A stretch of 63,560 nucleotides of DNA, the filler included, from Anaerolineae bacterium (GTDB lineage: Bacteria > Chloroflexota > Anaerolineae > Epilineales > Epilineaceae): the NCBI GenBank assembly GCA_029262755.1. It is 8 parts of 8 records of this genome, joined end to end, with 100 filler letters (N's around TTAATTAATTAA, not from the genome) between each part and the next. Parts side by side here need not be neighbours in the genome. Positions count along the whole stretch, not along the records: positions 58,359 to 63,560 come from JAJCYU010000064.1; 7 more parts are not named here. One strand, written 5' to 3'. Of the stretch, positions 62,887 through 63,560 are shown piece after piece; the first letter of the stretch is position 1; every line of letters begins with the position of its first letter. The position numbers were made by a program, and so were the translations under genes. The notes beneath the pieces are model-generated. The model saw only the letters and a program-made list of their open reading frames with translations, did not search any database and had not been told where the DNA came from.

Positions 62887-62974
62887 TCAAACCCTCCTCG
62901 GTTTGCGCGCGGCCGCCGTACTGCGTAGCGGCCTTGGGACTCCCGCGCACCGGCCATCCGCCGGAGCGGTGGCC

Positions 62975-63003
62975 AGCATACGGGTTCGGGACCCCGCTGT
63001 CAA
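62975..63003 (-). promoter_or_regulatory. Sigma70-type promoter
   Basis: TTGACA-17 nt-TATGCT on the minus strand. Confidence 0.8.
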
Positions 63004-63199
63004 CGGGCAATTTCAGAAAGGATTGCTCGGAGCTGGGCATGGAGGTTCGCATTGCGACTCGCACGCTGGTTCGCGTGTCGGTGCGCATTGCGTCGCGCTC
63101 GGACGTTCGCACGGCGCGGCCAACGGTTTGCACAACCCTCGATCGATCGCTCCACGGCGCCTCGTCCCCGTTGCCGCTCCGGCGCGGCCCCGGCCGCCG

Positions 63200-63560
63200 C
63201 TACACGCCCGTCGGGAGGTCCACGAACTCGAAGTCCACGCCGAAGCGCAGCGCGAGGTGTTCGCCCACGGCCTGCACGCCCACCGTCTCGCTCTGGTAGT
63301 GCCCACCCCAGAGGACGTTGAGACCGTACATCGCGGCATCGTGCGCGTGGGCGTGGCTGGTTTCGCCCGTCACGAAGGTGTCGCAGCCCGCGGCGGCCGC
63401 CTCGGCGATCATCGCCCCGCTACCACCGCTGCAGATGCCGACGCGGCGCACGATGTCCGGACCCTCCGCCTGCACACGTTGCAAGGGGCCCACCCACTGT
63501 TCCCAGGCCGAGGCGAGGAGGTCGAGCGTCGTGCCCGAGCCGGCGTCAGCAAGGGCCGCG
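63200..63560 (-). CDS. Nif3-like dinuclear metal centre protein, 5' part beyond the window
   Basis: VGICSGGSG, D.FVTGE, GHYQSETVGV, DLPTG. Confidence 0.88.
   Translation of the reverse strand, partial: AALADAGSGTTLDLLASAWEQWVGPLQRVQAEGPDIVRRVGICSGGSGAMIAEAAAAGCDTFVTGETSHAHAHDAAMYGLNVLWGGHYQSETVGVQAVGEHLALRFGVDFEFVDLPTGV

Noticed and set aside
62573..63133. 187-aa N-terminal extension of the GNAT ORF (534-aa call)
   Set aside because: Region contains a promoter, uORF and terminators; the GNAT has its own RBS and ATG at 62572.
8479..63339. Many long Arg/Pro/Ala-rich overlapping or antisense ORFs (e.g. 9912-11561, 45304-46977, 55699-57405, 61205-62857)
   Set aside because: Shadow ORFs expected in high-GC DNA; they overlap genes with clear family motifs.

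Overview
The window is eight contigs joined by 100-nt spacers (N44-TTAATTAATTAA-N44), so gene adjacency across spacers means nothing. Contig 1 (1-8434) is a phage neck/tail module: Mu gp36-like adaptor, Mu gpG-like protein, probable tail tube, a tail-assembly chaperone with an in-frame G-GGA-AAA -1 frameshift site, a very short tape-measure-like gene, novel tail proteins and an antisense membrane-protein moron. Contigs 2-8 look like a high-GC bacterial chromosome, probably Chloroflexota (inferred from protein style, not searched). They carry glnS, pdhB/pdhC/lpdA, gcvH, a split transketolase, citrate synthase, HMG-CoA lyase and reductase, msrA, an IorAB-type molybdoenzyme with XdhC and MocA-like genes, and many large secreted proteins. 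Main observations: (1) five unrelated, apparently exported proteins end in the same short [ILV]-[YWF]-[LM]-P tag, a candidate sorting signal; (2) a promoter, leader peptide, antiterminator and two terminators form an attenuator in front of a GNAT gene; (3) one subtilase has all catalytic residues replaced; (4) the phage tail module is frameshifting and rearranged; (5) contig 3 is a plastic locus with a duplicated promoter and signal-peptide segment, an IS3 relic and a truncated PIN toxin. All family assignments come from motif recognition by eye; no database searches were run.
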